This document shows positions 61,901 to 64,000 of a DNA stretch of 64,000 nucleotides, piece after piece; the first letter of the stretch is position 1, and every line of letters starts with the position of its first letter. The notes below the pieces were generated by a model. That model was not told where the DNA came from. It searched no databases and saw nothing but the letters and a program-made list of their open reading frames with translations. The stretch comes from the human T2T-CHM13v2.0 reference genome, Homo sapiens, in NCBI RefSeq assembly GCF_009914755.1, contig NC_060925.1. The stretch is one strand, 5' to 3'. The position numbers and the translations under genes are program-made.

Positions 61901-64000
61901 AATGGACTCGAAAGGGATCATGATTGAATGGAATTGAATGGAATCATCGAATGGTCTCGATTGGAATCATTATCAAATGGAATCGAATGGAATCACCGAA
62001 TAGAATCGAATGGAACAATCATCTAATGGACTCAAATGGAATTATCCTCAAATGGAATCGAATGGAATTATCGAATGCAATCGAATGGAATTATCGAATG
62101 CAATCGAATAGAATCATCGAAAGGACTCGAATGGAATCATCGAATGGAATGGAATGGAACAGTCAATGAACTCGAATGGAATCATCATTGAATGGAATCG
62201 AATGGAATCATCGAGTGGAATCGAATGGAATTATGATCAAATGGAATCGAATGTAATCATCATCAAATGGAATCAACAATAACCATCATCAATTGGTATT
62301 GAATGGAATTGTCATCAAATGGAATTCAAAGGAATCATCATCAAATGGAACCGAATGGAATCCTCATTGAATGGAAATGAAAGGGGTCATCATCTAATGG
62401 AATCGCATGGAATCATCATCAAATGGAATCGAATGGAATCATCATCAAATGGAATCTAATGGAATCATTGAACAGAATTCAATGGAATCGTCATCGAATG
62501 AATTGAATGCAATCATCGAATGGTCTCGAATGGAATCATCTTCTAATGGAAAGGAATGGAATCATAGCATAGAATCGAATGGAATTATCATCGAATGGAA
62601 TCGAATGGTATCAACACCAAACGGAAAAAAACGGAATTATCGAATGGAATCGAAGAGAATCTTCGAACGGACCCGAATGGAATCATCTAATGGAATGGAA
62701 TGGAATAATCCATGGACTCGAATGCAATCATCATCGAATGGAATCGACTGGAATCATCGAATGGACTCGAATGGAATAATCATTGAACGGAATCGAATGG
62801 AATCATCATCGGATGGAAACGAATGGAATCATCATCGAATGGAAATGAAAGGAGTCATCATCTAATGGAATTGCATGGAATCATCATAAAATGGAATCGA
62901 ATGGAATCAACATCAAATGGAATCAAATGGAATCATTGAACGGAATTGAATGGAATCGTCATCGAATGAATTGACTGCAATCATCGAATGGTCTCGAATG
63001 GAATCATCTTCAAATGGAATGGAATGGAATCATCGCATAGAATCGAATGGAATTATCATCGAATGGAATCGAATGGAATCAACATCAAACGGAAAAAAAC
63101 GGAATTATCGAATGGAATCGAAGAGAATCATCGAATGGACCCGAATGGAATCATCTAATGGAATGGAATGGAATAATCCATGGACTCGAATGCAATCATC
63201 ATCGAATGGAATCGAATGGAATCATCGAATGGACTCGAATGGAATAATCATTGAACGGAATCGAATGGAATCATCATCGGATGGAAATGAATGGAATCAT
63301 CATCGAATGGAATCGAATAGAATTATGGAATGAAATCCAGTGTGATCATCATCGAATGGACCCGAATGGAATCATCATCCAACGGAAGCTAATGGAATCA
63401 ACATCGAATGAATCGAATGGAAACACCATCGAATTGAAACGAATGGAATTATTATGAAATTGAAATGGATGGACTCATCATCGAATGGATTCGAATGGAA
63501 TCATCGAATAAAATTGACTGAAATCATCATCCAATGGAATCGAATGGTATCATTGAATGGAATCGAATGGAATCATCATCAGATGGAAATGAATGGAATC
63601 GTCATAGAATGAAATCGAATGGATTCATTGAATGGAATCAGATGGAATCATCGAATGGACTGGAATGGAATCATTGAATGGACTCGAAAGGGATCATGAT
63701 TGAATGGAATTGAATGGAATCATCGAATGGTCTCGATTGGAATCATTATCAAATGGAATCGAATGGAATCACCGAATAGAATCGAATGGAACAATCATCG
63801 AATGGACTCAAATGGAATTATCCTCAAATGGAATCGAATGGAATTATCGAATGCAATCGAATGGAATTATCGAATGCAATCGAATAGAATCATCGAAAGG
63901 ACTCGAATGGAATCATCGAATGGAATGGAATGGAACAGTCAATGAACTCGAATGGAATCATCATTGAATGGAATCGAATGGAATCATCGACTGGAATCGA
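58930..64000. repeat. Start of a distinct sub-array with an apparent 3,552-bp 2-unit repeat (E-F-E)
   Basis: Identical 152-aa ORFs at 58855 and 62407 (3,552 apart). Shared private variants are CAGAATTCAA, CATAGCATAG, ATCGACTGG, TTATTATG, TTGACTGAA and AGAATGAAATCG. Only about 1.5 periods are visible. Confidence 0.78.

Larger units (their letters stand above)
1..64000. repeat. Human satellite 2 (HSat2/HSATII) pericentromeric tandem array, ~36 copies of a 1,776-bp unit; most likely the chr1q12 1.77-kb family (D1Z1/pUC1.77-type)
   Basis: Seen: continuous diverged GGAAT repeat dominated by ATCATCGAATGGAATCGAATGG, whose reverse complement contains the HSat2-diagnostic CATTCGATTC; dense TCGA; same orientation throughout; near-identical ORFs recur every 1,776 bp. 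Established knowledge: a 1.77-kb EcoRI-periodic HSat2 is characteristic of 1q12. The HSat2 call is near certain; the chromosome assignment is less so. Confidence 0.97.

Noticed and set aside
1-63967. Hundreds of 66-163-aa plus-strand ORFs (MESSSNG/IEWNHHR-type)
   Set aside because: They are overlapping-frame translations of the GGAAT-derived repeat with no recognisable domain. Variants create and destroy stops freely, and ATG is part of the repeat motif. They are not called as CDS.
1-64000. Complete absence of minus-strand ORFs as a hint of coding polarity
   Set aside because: Explained by composition: the frequent TCA (ATCATC) on + reads as TGA on -.
1-64000. CRISPR-like repeat-spacer array
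   Set aside because: There are no unique spacers, no leader and no cas genes; the sequence between motifs is itself repeated every 1,776 bp.
1-64000. Embedded non-satellite insertion, L1/Alu fragment or strand inversion
   Set aside because: None seen. Unit spacing is fully accounted for by 1,776 bp with two 49-bp deletions, one 468-bp gain and one 1-bp loss, leaving no room for an insertion.
1-64000. HSat3, alpha satellite or telomeric identity
   Set aside because: Pure GGAAT runs are only about 3 copies long and ATCATCGA/TCGA motifs dominate (HSat2). There is no 171-bp period and no TTAGGG array.
1-64000. HSATII non-coding RNA gene
   Set aside because: HSATII transcription is known in some cell states, but no promoter, boundary or strand can be defined from this sequence.

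Overview
All 64 kb is one uninterrupted, single-orientation tandem array of human satellite 2 (HSat2/HSATII; GAATG-rich strand on +, CATTC strand on -). It consists of about 36 copies of a 1,776-bp unit with one EcoRI site per unit, which fits the 1.77-kb chromosome 1q12 family (pUC1.77/D1Z1, HSat2A-type); the chromosome assignment rests on prior knowledge, not an alignment. I found no credible protein-coding gene, RNA gene, transposon, CRISPR array or inversion, and all listed ORFs are by-products of the repeat. The real information is in the variant pattern, which shows nested periodicities: 5-bp GGAAT, 23/26/49-bp sub-repeats, a 468-bp internal duplication, the 1,776-bp unit, a 3-unit higher-order repeat (5,328 bp; 5,279 bp where a 49-bp deletion is carried), and an ~18.2-20.0-kb segmental duplication. 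Near 58-59 kb the array switches to a different lineage with a 2-unit (3,552-bp) repeat. Unit starts (ATGGAATCGTCATCGAATGAATTGAATGC) and my by-eye types are: U0 (partial, A/C del), 1680 B, 3456 A, 5232 A/C del, 6959 B, 8735 A, 10511 C, 12287 B, 14063 A', 15839 C, 17615 B, 19391 A, 21167 C, 22943 B', 24719 A', 26495 C, 28271 hybrid (+468), 30515 B, 32291 A', 34067 C, 35843 B, 37619 A, 39395 C, 41171 B', 42947 A (-1 bp), 44722 A', 46498 C, 48274 B', 50050 A, 51826 D, 53602 B', 55378 A, 57154 D, 58930 E, 60706 F, 62482 E. Typing was done by eye and from the ORF track, so some variants may have been missed. I do not claim a new gene system; the findings concern satellite architecture and evolution.
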